Shown one piece after another: positions 1 through 13,129 of a DNA stretch of 64,000 bases. The stretch is from Octopus vulgaris (taxonomy: Eukaryota). The number at the start of each line of letters is the position of its first letter. The stretch's first letter is position 1. The notes beneath the pieces are model-generated. The model was not told the DNA's origin and ran no database searches. It worked only from the letters and a program-made list of their open reading frames with translations. The stretch is from assembly GCA_951406725.2 (NCBI GenBank), contig OX597840.1:21266001-21330000 (forward strand), in the 5' to 3' direction. Position numbers and translations under genes: made by a program.

Positions 1-782
1 ACACTTCGCTGTTGCTGCATGACTGACATCGATTACGAGAGACGAACATCGAGCGAGCGCCTCCCTCCTCCTCCTCCTCTGCTCTCCTTCACTCCCACCA
101 ACACCCTCCCCCAACAAAGACGCACACACAGACGCACTTGCAAATGCATGCTCAAGCAGATAAAGCACACACACACACACACACCCGAGCATATTGTACT
201 AAACACGCACATTTACCCAACCATGCATAGAGAAAAATCAAGCACACACACACACACAGTTAAGCACACTGTACAGAGCTAACAACACACACACACACAA
301 ATTAGCCATTCATGCACACAGAATGCCAAGCACACACAAACATGCATGCACAAACACATTTCTTTCTCTCTCTCTTTCTCTCTCTCTCCCACACGCACAG
401 CCGAGCATAATGTGTACAAAGCTTAGCACACACGTGAACGCATATTCAAACACATCATACACAGCACATAAGCACACACATACATACACACAGTCAGGTA
501 CACGTACACACTCACACGGCCAAACATATTGTACAAAGCACACACAGCAACACTTACACATTCAAACACACAGAGACGTAAGCACATACGCACACACACT
601 GCCAAACATATTCCACAGCGCTAAACACATACACACACAGGAACCCAAACACGCACGCACACACACACACAGGAACCCAAACACGCACGCACACACACAC
701 ACACAGGAACCCAAACACGCACACACACATTGTACAAAGCTTAGCAGAGACATATAATCACTTACTCAAACACACATAGAAC

Positions 783-833
<51 letters not shown>

Positions 834-948
834 GTAGCGTTCACTTTATTCATTCCATCCAAGCAACAGAATCAGTTTTCTCCGCTCAAAGACAAAAAAC
901 ACCTGAAAAGAGATTTAACTCAAAGAACTCCAAGAAATAGAAACGAAC

Positions 949-1040
949 CTTTGCCATTTGTGCTTGAAAACCACTGGCTTGTAATTCTTGGACTGCATAT
1001 TCAGCAGCTTGTGGAGTCTCAAAATCGACAAACCCGTAGC
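949..1040 (-). CDS. shep: RBMS/shep RRM1 C-terminal exon containing RNP1 (K)GYGFVDF, 92 nt, phase 1 to 0
   Basis: cttcag|GC TAC GGG TTT GTC GAT TTT...CAA ATG GCA AAG|gttcgt = [37 protein letters not shown] is the RBMS/shep inter-RRM motif. The expected next exon (QQEQDPTNLY-like) was not found in 1-948, so it lies outside the window. Confidence 0.95.
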
Positions 1041-1129
1041 CTGAAGAACGAGAAGGAAAACATTATAGGAGTGCATTGTTGAAGGTTTGTTGAGGGATTT
1101 TGGTAATAAATGAAGGGGTTAATTGGAAC

Positions 1130-1300
1130 AACTGGTGCAGGGACAAGACAAAACGAAAAAGCTCATTTATTATGACCACATTTGAAGAAGCAGAGGTTTG
1201 GAAGACATTATCATGGAAAGAAGAGTCGAGGGGGGTAGAAGATGGGACGGGCCAAGGACGCAGTGGATGGACAACATCATGAGCTGGTTGGACAAGAGGG
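1130..1300 (+). mobile_element. RTE-clade LINE ORF C-terminal fragment
   Basis: LEDIIMERRVEGGRRWDGPRTQWMDNI resembles the RTE C-terminal G.VEG.R.RGRPR..W.D.I motif. Confidence 0.6.
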
Positions 1301-1334
1301 TCCGAGCAGCTGGAGAACTTGTGTTCAATACTCT

Positions 1335-1512
1335 TTCACTTGTTTCAGCCATTTGGCTGTGGCCATGCTGGAGCACCGCCTTTAGTCGAGCAAATTGACC
1401 CCAGGACTTATTCTTTATAAGCCTAGTACTTATTCTATCAGTCTTTTTTACCGAACCTAAGTTACGGGGATGTAAACACACCAGCATCGGTTGTCATCGG
1501 TGAGACACACAG

Positions 1513-1553
<41 letters not shown>

Positions 1554-1700
1554 CACACACATATATACGACAGGCTTCTTTCAGTTTCCGTCTACCAAAT
1601 CCACTCACAAGGCTTTGGTCGGCCCAAGGTGCCACGCAGTGGGACTGAACCCAAAACCATGTGGTTGGTTAGCAAGCTACTTACCACACAGCCACTCCTA
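1335..1700 (-). mobile_element. SINE family A copy
   Basis: Same consensus as 10975-11363. Confidence 0.8.
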
Positions 1701-2299
1701 TGCCTATGTTATCTTTTACCTATATATACCTATATATTATCTTTTGCTTGTTTCAGCCATTGGGCTGCAACCAGACTGGGGAACTATTTTCAGGAATCTA
1801 CAATGAACGATTTGACTCCAGTACTTATGCTTTCTTCTTTAAGCCCGGTACCAGTTCTATCAGTCTCTTTTGCTGAACCACTAAGTTATGGGGGATGTAA
1901 ACACCCACCCACACACACACTGGTTGTAAAGCAGTGTTGTGGGACAAACATAGATGCAAAGGCAGACAGAGAGAGACACACAAACACATCTTCGTATATA
2001 ATAAAAACTGCAGAGTGTGTCCCTGGCAAAGAAGAGTAAAACAACAGATGGAGTGGGAGTGGGTGGTAGTGAGAGATGCTAAAGCAGGTGAACAACGTTT
2101 AATGGAGTGGCAGTGAGTGACAGTCAGAGGTGACAAACTGCAGCCAAACTGTAGTGGGCTCTGAATTCACCAGTATTTTCATGAAAATGGAATTAAATTT
2201 TCATCATAAATGATATTTCACACACATACATCCATATGTATGAATGTGCACAGATGTACATAAATAGGTATGAGTACATATATATATATATATATATAT

Positions 2300-2680
2300 A
2301 TTTACTGCCCACAAAGGGCTAAACATAGAGGGCACAAACAAGGACAAAGGGATTAAGTCGATTACATTGACCCCCAGTGCGAAACTGGTACTTAATTTAT
2401 CGACCTCGGCAGAATTTGAACTCAGAACGTAACGACAGACGAAATACCTATTTCTTTATTACCCACAAGGGGCTAAACATAAAGGGGACAAACAAGGACA
2501 GACATAGGTATTAAATCGATTATATCGACCCCAGTGCGTAACTGGTACTTAATTTATTGACCCCGAAAGGATGAAAGGCAAAGTCGACCTGGGCGGAATT
2601 TGAACTCAGAACGTAACGACAGACGAAATACCGCTAAGCATTTCGCCCGGCGTGCTAACGTTTCTGCCAGCTCGCTGCCT
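2300..2680 (-). mobile_element. SINE family B (tRNA-like head; gcctttcatcctttcggggtcgataaa core), with partial tandem duplication
   Basis: Related copies at ~6385-6610, 14190-14645, 17905-18100, 39660-40190, 46262-46425 and 61630-61830. Confidence 0.75.
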
Positions 2681-4638
2681 AATATATATATATAGATAGA
2701 TAGATAGGGAGAGAGGGAGAAAGAGGGGAAAAGATATGTCTATAAAATAAATATATGTATTTATATGTACATATGTCTATATATCTGCATGTGTGTGTTT
2801 GTGTGTGTATAAATATAAATACATATACACACACAAACATACATTATATGGGTGACATTTTCAACTGAGACGTTACAATCGTATCTGATTCTTCAAGTGC
2901 TTCCATTCTGTGTAAGAACATATATTTACTGGATTGCTGACATTTATAAATGGTTTTCCCCCCCATTGTACTCATCTGCCATTCTCTATCATTAATAAAA
3001 CTGTCAGCAATTCAGCCAACACGGGTATGCTAGTATATATATATATGTGAGTGTGTGTGTGTGTATATATATATGGCCGTCGCCAGCCTCCCCTGGTGCC
3101 TGTGCCAGTGGCACATAAAAAGCACCCGCTACACTCTCAGAGTGGTTGGCGTTAGGAAGGGTATCCAGCCGTAGAAACTCTGCCAGATCAAGACTGGAGC
3201 CTGGTGCAGCCTCCTGGTTTCTCAGTCCCCGGTTGAACCATCCAACCCATGCTAGCATGGAAAACGGATGTTAAATGGTGATGATGATGATATATATACT
3301 GCAAGCTTCTTTCAGTTTCTGTTTATGATCTCTGCTCACAATGCTTTGGTTGGCCCAAGGCTAGAGTAGAAGATACTTGCCCAAGGTGTCACGCAGTGGG
3401 ATTGAACCCAGAGCCATGCGGTTGGGAAGCAAGCTTCTTTCCACACAGCCACACTTTTAATGAGATAATCTGCGCAACTGGAACAATCTAATCCTTGTAT
3501 TAGAATAAACTGCATTGGAATGTACTGTAGACCCTTAAACCCTTAACAAAATCAGTGACATTGTTATTATGATTAACAAGGGACACAGGGATGAAGGTGT
3601 TGGTGAATGCAGAGCATTGACAGGACACCTGAAAAGGGCTCTGGAGCATACAACGGCTGAAACTTAGTGAAAACAACCACCAAGAGGAGGAGACCAGGAT
3701 GATGACCGATGTAAAGACTCTGAACATTATCTAAATCCCTTTTCTCAGAAATATAGAATTGGAACTCATGGCTACAACAGCAGAATAAAGTAAGAAAATT
3801 GATGTAAAAGTTGTTCCAACAGAGGTGAAAAAACCAGATTTCTTTATATAACATCAAGGTTATCTGTTACCCATAAATCTTTTCTGCTAGAAACATCAGG
3901 ATTTTGAGCATTACAACACTTGCTGTTGTTTAACACCAGGTCAGCCCAGATAAAGCAAACCTGTGATCAAAGGTGTTGCAGCAGCCATGATCTCCTATCT
4001 TGATATTTTTTTTGCTTTGTTTTTATTTTTCAAACATCTTTGTAATGTCAAACAGATGTGGCCATGTGTGGATTAAGGGAACACTTCCATTAGTTGATTC
4101 CCCTGATTAAAGAGATATATGGTCAAATGAGTTCCAGCCATGGCCATTCCGTTTATCAGCGACTACATTACCGAATGTGTCCTTTCTTCTTTCAAAGCAG
4201 TAGGAAGTGGTTTGAAAGATGATACTTAGTAACTATTTCTAGCAGACAGAGTGACCACATACAGGCTCCCTCATTGCTACATTATTCATTAAGTGTCAGG
4301 GAAATGGGTATGTTGTCCTTTGATTAACCCTTTGGCATTCAAAGCAGCCAAAATATTCTGCCTGTTTTATGTTCAAACTGACCAGATCTAGCCTCTCCAA
4401 CATACCCTACAATGTCATTCTAAGAACAAGACCATCACATCATCAAATACTCAAAGCTGTGAGATAATTCATGGTTAATACAGAACAACAGGAATAAATA
4501 AGCATTACATTTGATACAATAATCTGAATGCCAAACGGTTAATGGCTGAGTGGGTTTCCTAGGAAATCCTGAAGGAGGCAATATTTGGCAGTGCTACCTT
4601 TGAGATTCTTCCTCTTCTGAGAGAAATATACTCCATAG

Positions 4639-4880
4639 CAGTGCTTCTCAACCAGGGTCTGTATAAGACTTTGTTGTTAAAAAACTTATTTGCTAGAAAC
4701 TGGATATATTTCTACAAGACACAAAATATTAAAACCTTTTTTTTATATAATTCCTAATAATATTTAAGCATAAAAATATAATAGGAATTTTTAGACATCG
4801 AATAGCTACGAGGGTTTTCCCTCCTTGGGTAAGATAGGAATCAAAGGGGTCTATAAAAAGAAAATGGGCGGAAACCACTG
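4639..4880. mobile_element. hAT-type MITE
   Basis: Termini cagtgcttctcaacc / gaaaccactg; degenerate 8-bp TSD ctccatag/ctcaaaag. Confidence 0.65.
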
Positions 4881-4883
4881 CTC

Positions 4884-5063
4884 AAAAGGAAAAGACATGG
4901 AGACCAAAGAAACTTCCTAGGACAAAACAAAATATCAGAAGCCAAGACAGATTCTGTACCAAGTCATCGGCCACTTATTGGCAACAATTGAAGAGATTTT
5001 TAAACTAACAAGATTGCTTTCCATAAGTGGCACTCACTATCCAGGAGTGGCAGAAAGTTATTT
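4884..5063. repeat. dispersed direct duplication, copy 1 (copy 2 at ~33455-33633; diverged third copy at ~5170-5280)
   Basis: tcagaagccaagacagattctgtacc...ataagtggcactcactatc is identical over ~100 bp in the two copies. Confidence 0.85.
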
Positions 5064-6004
5064 GTTTGATTGATTAATGTTTGAGTTGGTTTTCAAGAAT
5101 AATCTTCAAGCCTGCTATACTTGGTAGCATCACCTTTGAGATTCTTTGTCTTTGGAAAGATAGACTCTAAAGCCATGGAGACTAAACAAAATGTCAGAAG
5201 CTAAAACAGACTCCATACAATATTGTCATCCACTTATTGGGAACAATTGAAGATAACTTCAGACTAAAAGAATTGCTAAATTGCTACATCAATGAATTGT
5301 GTTGTGAACACAACACATGGCCTGTGTAGTGGGGTTTCAAAACCTCAACTGCTAAGATAATCACTCAGACACCGTGAGCAAACCATTGCAGTTTCATGTG
5401 ATTGGTCTATGAGTCAACGGATCAGCATCAGACTGTGGCATGACAGCGTTTTCTCAAATGTTCTAGAATTTGGCTTTCAGTTCCCTACCAAAACTGTTTG
5501 GCATGGAACTTAGAGTGCAGTTGACTTCACATATTTTTGGGCCAACTGCATGTCATCCCACAGATAGCTTTCTATGACTGCAGAGCAGTCTCTCTCTCTC
5601 TCTCTTTCCCAGTCAATAAACATTTATGCTGTTCAGTGTAAATAGCCGACACCCAACATCTTTTATGCCTGGCAATAAATATTTCAGTGAAAGATGTTTC
5701 TAAGTGTGCTTCAGTTATTATTCACACAACCAATGAAATATATCTTCATTTTCTGGCCCCACCGTTGCATGCACCGACCAGGCCAACCTCGCAACACCCG
5801 AAATATGAAGTTGTTTTCCAGAGACAACAGCAATTAGCATTTCCATCTTTTGAATTGGTCGGAATGAATTAAGAATGAATATTTTCTCTTCATTTCTTAT
5901 ATTCCCCCAACTTGTGCATTGGTCAACTGTCTTCAACCACAGCCTTGGGTGGTTGGTCAATGCCTTTCAAGTGAATTGGTGGTCATTAATTGTGTAGAAG
6001 CCTG

Positions 6005-6045
<41 letters not shown>

Positions 6046-6669
6046 TGTGTGTGGGTGTGGTCATTCAGCAGACTTGGGCAGTGGTGACATTTGTTTATGT
6101 CCTGTAACTATGCAGTAGGAAACTTGAAGGCCATTGAAAACCAGTAACGGTCGGTAGAGCATCCAGCTACACAATACTGCCTGAAGAGGTGTCACTCAAC
6201 CCATGCCATAATGGAGGAAGCTGACCATAAAAATGATGATGCTGATGATGACTACGGACAGCTATGATAATAAGCCACTTGTTTATGTAACAGACAGAAT
6301 CATTTAGCTCTTTGTGTAATTATCATCATCATTTAACATCAATGTTCCTATGCTGGTTAAGGGCAGGACAGATATGACAAGGTGAAGAGCTGGCAGAAAT
6401 GTTAGCACGCCAGGCGAAATGCTCTGTGGTATTTCGTCTGTCGTTACGTTGTGAGTCAAATTCCGCCGAGGTCCACTTTGCCTTTCATCCTTTCGGGGTC
6501 GATAAATTAAGTACCAGTTACACACTAGGGTCGATATTATCGACTTAATCCATTTGTCTGTCCTTGTTTGTCCTCCCTGTGTTTAGCCCCTTGTGGGCAG
6601 TAAAGAAATAAGATATGACAGGATCTGATGGGTTCAAGGACTGCATCGTGTTCCAGTGCCTGCTTCAGT

Positions 6670-6945
6670 ATGGGCAAGTGTCTTCTACTATAGCCCCAGG
6701 CTAACCAAAGCCTTGTGAGTGGATTTGGCAGACGGAAACTGAAAGAAGCCTGAGATATATATGCATGTGTGTGCATGTGTTTGTCCAGTGTTAGTCTGTT
6801 TACATCTCCATAACTTAGCGGATCAACAAAAGATATTGAGTTAAAGGCTTTACAAAAACATAATAAGTACTGGGGTTGATTCATTTGACTAAAATTCTAC
6901 AAGGCCTTGCCCCAGCATGGCCACAGTTTAATATCTGAAACAAGT
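6670..6945 (+). mobile_element. SINE family A, 5'-truncated copy
   Basis: gggcaagtgtcttctactatagc...ccagcatggccacag. Confidence 0.75.
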
Positions 6946-7621
6946 GTGTGTGTGTGTGTGTCCCCCACTTTGTAATTTATATTTTATATTTGATTTCTAT
7001 ATATATATATATATATATCAGCGTGGCCAATGCCAATGCCGCCTGACTGGCTCCAGTGCCAGTGGTACATAAAAGCACCCACTACACACTCAGAGGAAGG
7101 GCATCCAGCCATAGGAAAACCATGCCGAATCAGATAGGAGCCTGGCTTGCGAGTTCTTAGTAAAACTGTCTAACCCATGCCAGCATGGAAAGCGGACATT
7201 AAACAGCGATGATGATGATATACATATATAATTATCATCGTTTAATGTCTATTTTCCAAACTGGTATAGGTTGGACAGTGCAGGAGGAGCTGATGGGCGA
7301 GAGGACAGCACCAAACTTCAATGACTGCTTTTGGCATAGTTTCTATGGCTGGATGCCCTTCCTAATACCAACCACAGTACAGAGTGTTCTGAGTGATTTT
7401 TCTACTGACGCTGGCACTAGTGAGGTCACCAAGTGACTTGCAAGACAAGAACCCCTTAACTGAGTGGGGAGGAGGTGTAGGGTTGAAAAAGGTGAAGGCC
7501 AGATGGAGGACAGAAAAAGGTGTCTTGCTGAGGAAGAGGTACATGGCTTCCCTAGCTGGAGCAGGAGAGAAAAAGATGGAGAGGACACATGTATGGACAT
7601 ACACAAGTGAAAATAACTTAC

Positions 7622-7680
7622 CTTTACATGTTGAAAGTTGACTGTCGATTATAGCCTTAGTAGAGGTAATTTTCCCATAG
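7622..7680 (-). CDS. shep: RBMS/shep RRM1 middle exon, 59 nt, phase 2 to 1
   Basis: ttccag|C TAT GGG AAA ATT ACC TCT ACT AAG GCT ATA ATC GAC AGT CAA CTT TCA ACA TGT AAA G|gtaagt = (S)YGKITSTKAIIDSQLSTCK(G). Matches the RBMS motif YGKIVSTKAILDK..N.CKG. Phases fit both neighbouring exons. Confidence 0.95.
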
Positions 7681-8674
7681 CTGGAAATAAAAGGTGAAAT
7701 TTAATTTACAATAATTCGTTAATATAAAAAAAAAAATTAATAAAACCAAACATTTTCTTTTTAAAATAACCAGATTTTTAAAAGAACAAAGAAACAAAGC
7801 AAAGTTAACCCCTAAGACCTGGGCCTCTGTGTCTAGCTTTGCTCTCCACCTGAGCAAAAAAGTAAATAGTTGCCTATACAACCCAAGAGTAATGGTTGGA
7901 GGCAAACTAGAATGCCTTGTGGGTGGATTTGGTAGATGGAAACTGTGGAAGCCATCGTGTGTGTGTGTGTGTGAGTCAGCGTTTGTCCCCCATCACTTGA
8001 TAATTGATGTTGGTTTGTTCACATTCCTGTAACTTAGTCATTCAGCAAAAGAGGCCGATAGAGTCAGTACCAAACTTTAAAAAATTAGTACCGGGGTCAA
8101 TTTGTTTAACTAAAGCCTGAAACAAGTAAAAGAGAAAATGTTTAATCTTTCAGAGAGAAAGACACCATAGCTGTTGTCTGGCCCCAGGGAGCTCTGAGAC
8201 CGAGCAAGAAATGCAAGACATTAGCACCTCATTTCAACATCAGACTATGTATTTAAAATAGCAGTGCAAATTTAAATTAAATTTGGCTGCTATTTCTAGC
8301 AGGTTGAATGACTGCATAGGTACTTTTTCTGCTGATGCTGATAGTGATAATGATTAATCATCATACATGGTGATGGTGGTGGGGATAATGTTGGCACGTA
8401 AAAAGCACCCACTACACTCACGGAGTGGTTGGCATTAGGAAGGGCATCCAGCCGTAGAAACATTGCCAGATCAGACTGGGCCTGGTGCAGCCTTCTGGCT
8501 TCCCAGACCCCAGTTGAACCGTCCAACCCATGCTAGCATGGAAAGCGGACGTTAAACGAAGACGATGATGTTGATGATGACAGTGCTGCAAATACTGATG
8601 ATGATGATAGTGGTGGTGGTAATAGCAGTGCTGTATATGCTGATGATGATGGTGGTACAACGGTGTCGGCTTAC

Positions 8675-8835
8675 CTTTCACACATGGCCAGAAGATCCTT
8701 GTCAGTGGTGTGTTTGCTCAATCCGCGGATATAGAGATTCGTCTTGCTCAGCTGTTCTCCCGACTGGCTCTGGTTACTCGACTGGCTACTGCTCGTGTTT
8801 GGACTGCTGGCTGGCATCGATGTCTTTGGGTAGTT
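8675..8835 (-). CDS. shep: RBMS/alan shepard-type RNA-binding protein, internal coding exon (S-rich linker plus start of RRM1 with RNP2 LYIRGL), 161 nt, phase 0 to 2
   Basis: Minus strand: poly-T tacag|AAC TAC...TGT GAA AG|gtaagc. Translates [70 protein letters not shown] is the RBMS/shep RRM1 signature. Confidence 0.95.
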
Positions 8836-9234
8836 CTGTAAAAAAAAACAGCAGAAGACAACGATTATTTTGAAATGTCCTTAATAAAACCAAAAACTGG
8901 TTAAGTGTTTCTGAGACATTTAAGGGAAAAACTGAAATGATGAGATGATGCAAAAGAAAGAAAGAAAAAAAAAGGGGCCATCTGGCAATTCCACAAAAGA
9001 CAGTTAATTCAGCACATCTTTTCCATTTTGAAGTTTTTTTTTATCTAAACGATAGCAAAATGCATTTAATAAAATGTGCTTGTGTCCTCTTTCTGATAAA
9101 ATCCACTCCATTAAGGCTTGTTTTTTTATTTTTAAATTAGTAAATGTTTGTAACCAACCGAAATCTTAAAAAGGGGAGAGAAAAAAAATATTGTCCTGGG
9201 TTTGCGAAATAACAGTAACGAAATAGTATACCCT

Positions 9235-9485
9235 TTTACTCTTTTACTTGTTTCAGTCATTTGACTGCGGCCATGCTGGAGCACCGCCTTTTAGTCAAGC
9301 AAATTGACCCCGGGACTTATTCTTTGTAAGCCCAGTACTTATTTTATCGGTCTCTTTTGCTGAACCGCTAAGTAACGGGGACGTAAACACACCAGCATCG
9401 GTTGCCAAGCAATGCTAGGGGGACAAACACAGACACACAAACACATATATATATATATATACGACAGGCTTCTTTCAGTTTCCGT
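9235..9485 (-). mobile_element. SINE family A, 3' part
   Basis: cttttacttgtttcagtcatttgactgcggccatgctgg...gacaggcttctttcagtttccgt. Confidence 0.8.
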
Positions 9486-10974
9486 ATACTTGCAGATATA
9501 GAACAAAAATGGTTTCTGGACAATTAACAACTGAAAACACTACCACTCAATCAGTGGTCGTTAGTGTTAACGATCTAAAAGATTACCACTTAAGTCACAA
9601 AGATTGGAAATTTTAAAAACAAAACAAATTAAATCGAATTTCATCGACACATAAACACAATTCACGGAATTGTGAGTTGACGGGTGAAAACCTTCTTAGA
9701 TAAGAATTTAAGAGTACAAGAGAGATACTCGACCAGCCTTGATGAGATAAAGGTTGTGACGAGATCAGAAGAAACCTGGCCTGGCTCTTCATCAGGTATA
9801 ACGAAGTGGATTCCAATTGATCCGATCAACAGAACAGCCTGCAAAACTGAGCCCTCAACAGACATAGGTAACCCTTAACCCTTTAGCTGATGCCATGTAA
9901 AAAGCATCCAGTCCGCACTGTAGGGTGGTTGGCATTTGGAAGGGCACCCAGCTGTAAAAACCATGTCAATACTGACCTCGCTTATGCTGGTGCCACATAA
10001 AAAGCTGTTCACTCTACAGAGAGGTTGGTGTTAGGAAGGGCATCCAGCCACAAAAAACCCCTTCCAAAACAGACAAAGAAGCTTGGTGCAGTCTTCTACC
10101 TGGCCAACTCCTGTCAAACCATCCAACACATTGCTAGCATGGAAGGTGGACAAGGAGACATGAGCGGACAGATACACACACACACACATGCATATATGTG
10201 TATATGGTTTCATATTTTTTTATAATTAAGATCATCATCATCGTTTAACGTCTGTTCTCCATGCTAGCATGGGTTGGACGGTTCGACCGGGGATCTGGGA
10301 AGCCAGAAGGCTGCACCAGGCTCCAGTCAGATCTGGCAGTGTTTCTACAGCTGGATGCCCTTCCTAACGCCAACAAACTGTAAATATATGAATGCAAAAG
10401 AGAGAGAGTTGAATAACTGAAAACCTACTTTTGGGCCACCCGTATGTTTTTTTTTTTAATCTTTTACTTCTTTCGGTCATTAGACTATGCCCATGCTGGG
10501 GCACCACCTGGAATTTTTAGTCGAATGAATCGACTCCAGAACTTATCTTTTCAGCCCCAAACTCATTCTATTGGTCTCTTTTGCCGAACTGCTAAGTTAT
10601 GGGGATGTAAACACACCAACACTGGTTGTCAAGTGGTGATGGAGGGACAAACACAGACACACACATATATACGAGCTTCTTTCAGTTTCCATCTACCAAA
10701 TCCACTCACAAAGCTTTGGTTGAGCCGAGGCTATAGCAGAAGACACTTGCCCAAGGTGCCACACAGTGGAACTGAACCTGGAACCATGTGGTTGGGAAGC
10801 AAGCTTCTTACCACACAGTGGGCAATATATATACAAAATCTGCTTCAACAAATTCCGTCAAACTTGTGCAAGCATGGAAAAGTGAATGTTCAAACAATGA
10901 CAATAATACAATGTCGTCCATAAAGTTCTTTACGCAAATGTTTTCTCGTTGTGAGTAATTTAACCTTTTCATTA

Positions 10975-11363
10975 CTCTTTTACTTGTTTCAGTCAGTTGA
11001 CTGCGGCCATGCTGGAGCACCACCTTTAATCGAGCAAATCGACCCCGGAACTTATTCTTTGTAAGCCCAGTACTTATTCTATCGGTCTCTTTTGCCGAAC
11101 CGCTTAGTGACGGGGACGTAAACACACCAGCATCGGTTGTCAAGCAATGCTAGGGGGACAAACACAGACACACAAGCACATATATTTATATACATATATA
11201 CGACAGGCTTCTTTCAGTTTCCGTCTACCAAATCCACTCACAAGGCATTGGTCGGCCCGGGGCTATAGCAGAAGACACTTGCCCAAGATGCCACGCAGTG
11301 GGACTGAACCCGGAACCATGTGGTTGGTAAACAAGCTACTTACCACACAGCCACTCCTGCGCC
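10975..11363 (-). mobile_element. tRNA-derived SINE family A (~400-450 bp, internal TA/TG microsatellite), full-length
   Basis: Head ggcgcaggagtggctgtgtggtaag...gggttcagtcccac (A/B-box-like), body accttgggcaagtgtcttct, tail gactgaaacaagtaaaagag. More than 20 full or partial copies in the window. Confidence 0.85.
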
Positions 11364-11572
11364 TATTTACTCTATTTATTTTGAGATGCTCTGTGTTTCT
11401 CTCAATTATTTTAAATATAACAAAGAATCTAGTAAAATAACTCAGTTATCAGTAAGCTAGTGTTAGGAACATAAATTGTGGCTAAGGTTTGGTGAAAGAT
11501 TTTAATTCAGAACTTTTGGAAACAAGGCATTTGTACTCAGAGCCAATTTCAGCTGGGTTGGTAACGAAAGGG

Positions 11573-11801
11573 TTAACCCTTTAGCATTTAAACCGGCCAT
11601 ATCCGGCCAAAAGTATTCTGCCTGTTTTATGTTCAAACTGGCCAGATCTGGTCTCTCACACCAACCCTACAATATCATTTTAAAAATTAACAGCTACCTC
11701 ATCAAAATCTCATAGCTACAAGATAATGTATGATTAGTTCAAAACAATGTGGATGAAGAAGCATTAATTGTGGCAGAATAATGCGAACACTAAAGGGTTA
11801 A
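11573..11801. mobile_element. piggyBac-like MITE (TTAA-CCCTTT termini)
   Basis: ttaaccctttagcatt...aacactaaagggttaa. Related copies at 4324-4542 and ~48710-48920. Confidence 0.7.
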
Positions 11802-13129
11802 TGCCAACTGGATCTTCTGCAGCAGATCTTTTCTTTCAGTTGTGATGCCCGTAGGCCTCCATACAACGCACACCCTCTGGCAAGCTATTCATGCAACTGG
11901 GCCACTCTCTCTGCGTGTGTATAATAGGTGACGTTACCACAACCGACAGCTGATTATATCAACTCTAGAAGGACGAATGTTAAAGCAGCAGAGCTTTATC
12001 TACACACATAAAAGAGGTAGATTAAAATACAGCCCGAGACTCCATGTTTCTTTCTCTCTCTCCCTTCCTCCCACCAATACTTATTACCCCAATTGCTTTT
12101 AATAATAATTAACAAAAATCACCCACAACAACGGGACCCAGTTCTTTGTAACTACATCCTTCCACACTCCCTGGAATAATATAACAGACCCAATTCTTTG
12201 TGTTCGAAACTTCTTTCTTTCTTTCTGAGTTTTCTTTCTTCTTTCTTTCTTTTTTTTTTTTGTTATTTGATGTTACACTTACAACCAAAGACTTGTTATT
12301 GTTAGAGTTGTCGGCAGTGTTAATGCCGGTGGTGAAGGCGGTGGTGGCGGTTGATGACGGTGGGGGGGGGGATGTTACTTGTTGGAAACATAAGGAGTTT
12401 TGTCAAAAAGTGTAAAAAAAAAAAAGTTATAGACTTTTATGGGCTAAATCCTGTCCCAGTTCCAGCAAGAAGGGGACAATAGTAAAGACCTCCAAGGCCA
12501 CCACAGAAACAACGACAACAATAGCAACAATAATAATTTGTTTTATTAGTCACAAGGGCTCAGACGGTAGGGACATCACAAGACATGAAGCGGGTGCGAA
12601 AAGAAATGGATAAGAGTGAAGTGTAATAAAAGTGTGGCTCTGTGCTTAAGAAGCCTGCTTCCCAACCACATGGTTCTGAGTTCAGTCCCACAGTGTGGCA
12701 CCTTGAGCAAGTGTCTTCTACTATAGCCTCATGCCAACCAAAGCTTTGTGAGTGCATTTGGTAGACGGAAACTAAAAGAAGCCCATCATATATATATGTG
12801 TGTGTGTGTATCTTTGCCCCCCCCCCACCAACTGGTGCTGGTATGTTTATGTCCTTGTAATTTAGAAGTTCAACAAAAGAGACTGATAGAATAAGTACTA
12901 GGCTTTAAAAAAATAAGTCCTGGGATCAATATATTTGACTAAAACCCTTTGAAGCACTGCCCCAGCATGGCCAGTCAAATAACTGAAACAAGTAAAAGAT
13001 GAAAGGTAGTACACTAAATATACGATAATACGAACAGTGCAGTCCTCCTGATAAAGGTGAAACTCCAACAAGGGTCCACCAATGAACCCCACAAAGCCAG
13101 GACTACCCTGACCACCAAAGGTATGAGGC

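Noticed and set aside
9662-9878. Overlapping ~65-aa ORFs in unique sequence upstream of the first RRM exon
   Set aside because: No recognisable domain and no strong donor on the gene strand.
11147-11440. Recurrent ORF RQASFSFRLPNPLTR...MWLVSKLLTTQP as a multigene family
   Set aside because: It is the antisense translation of SINE-A.
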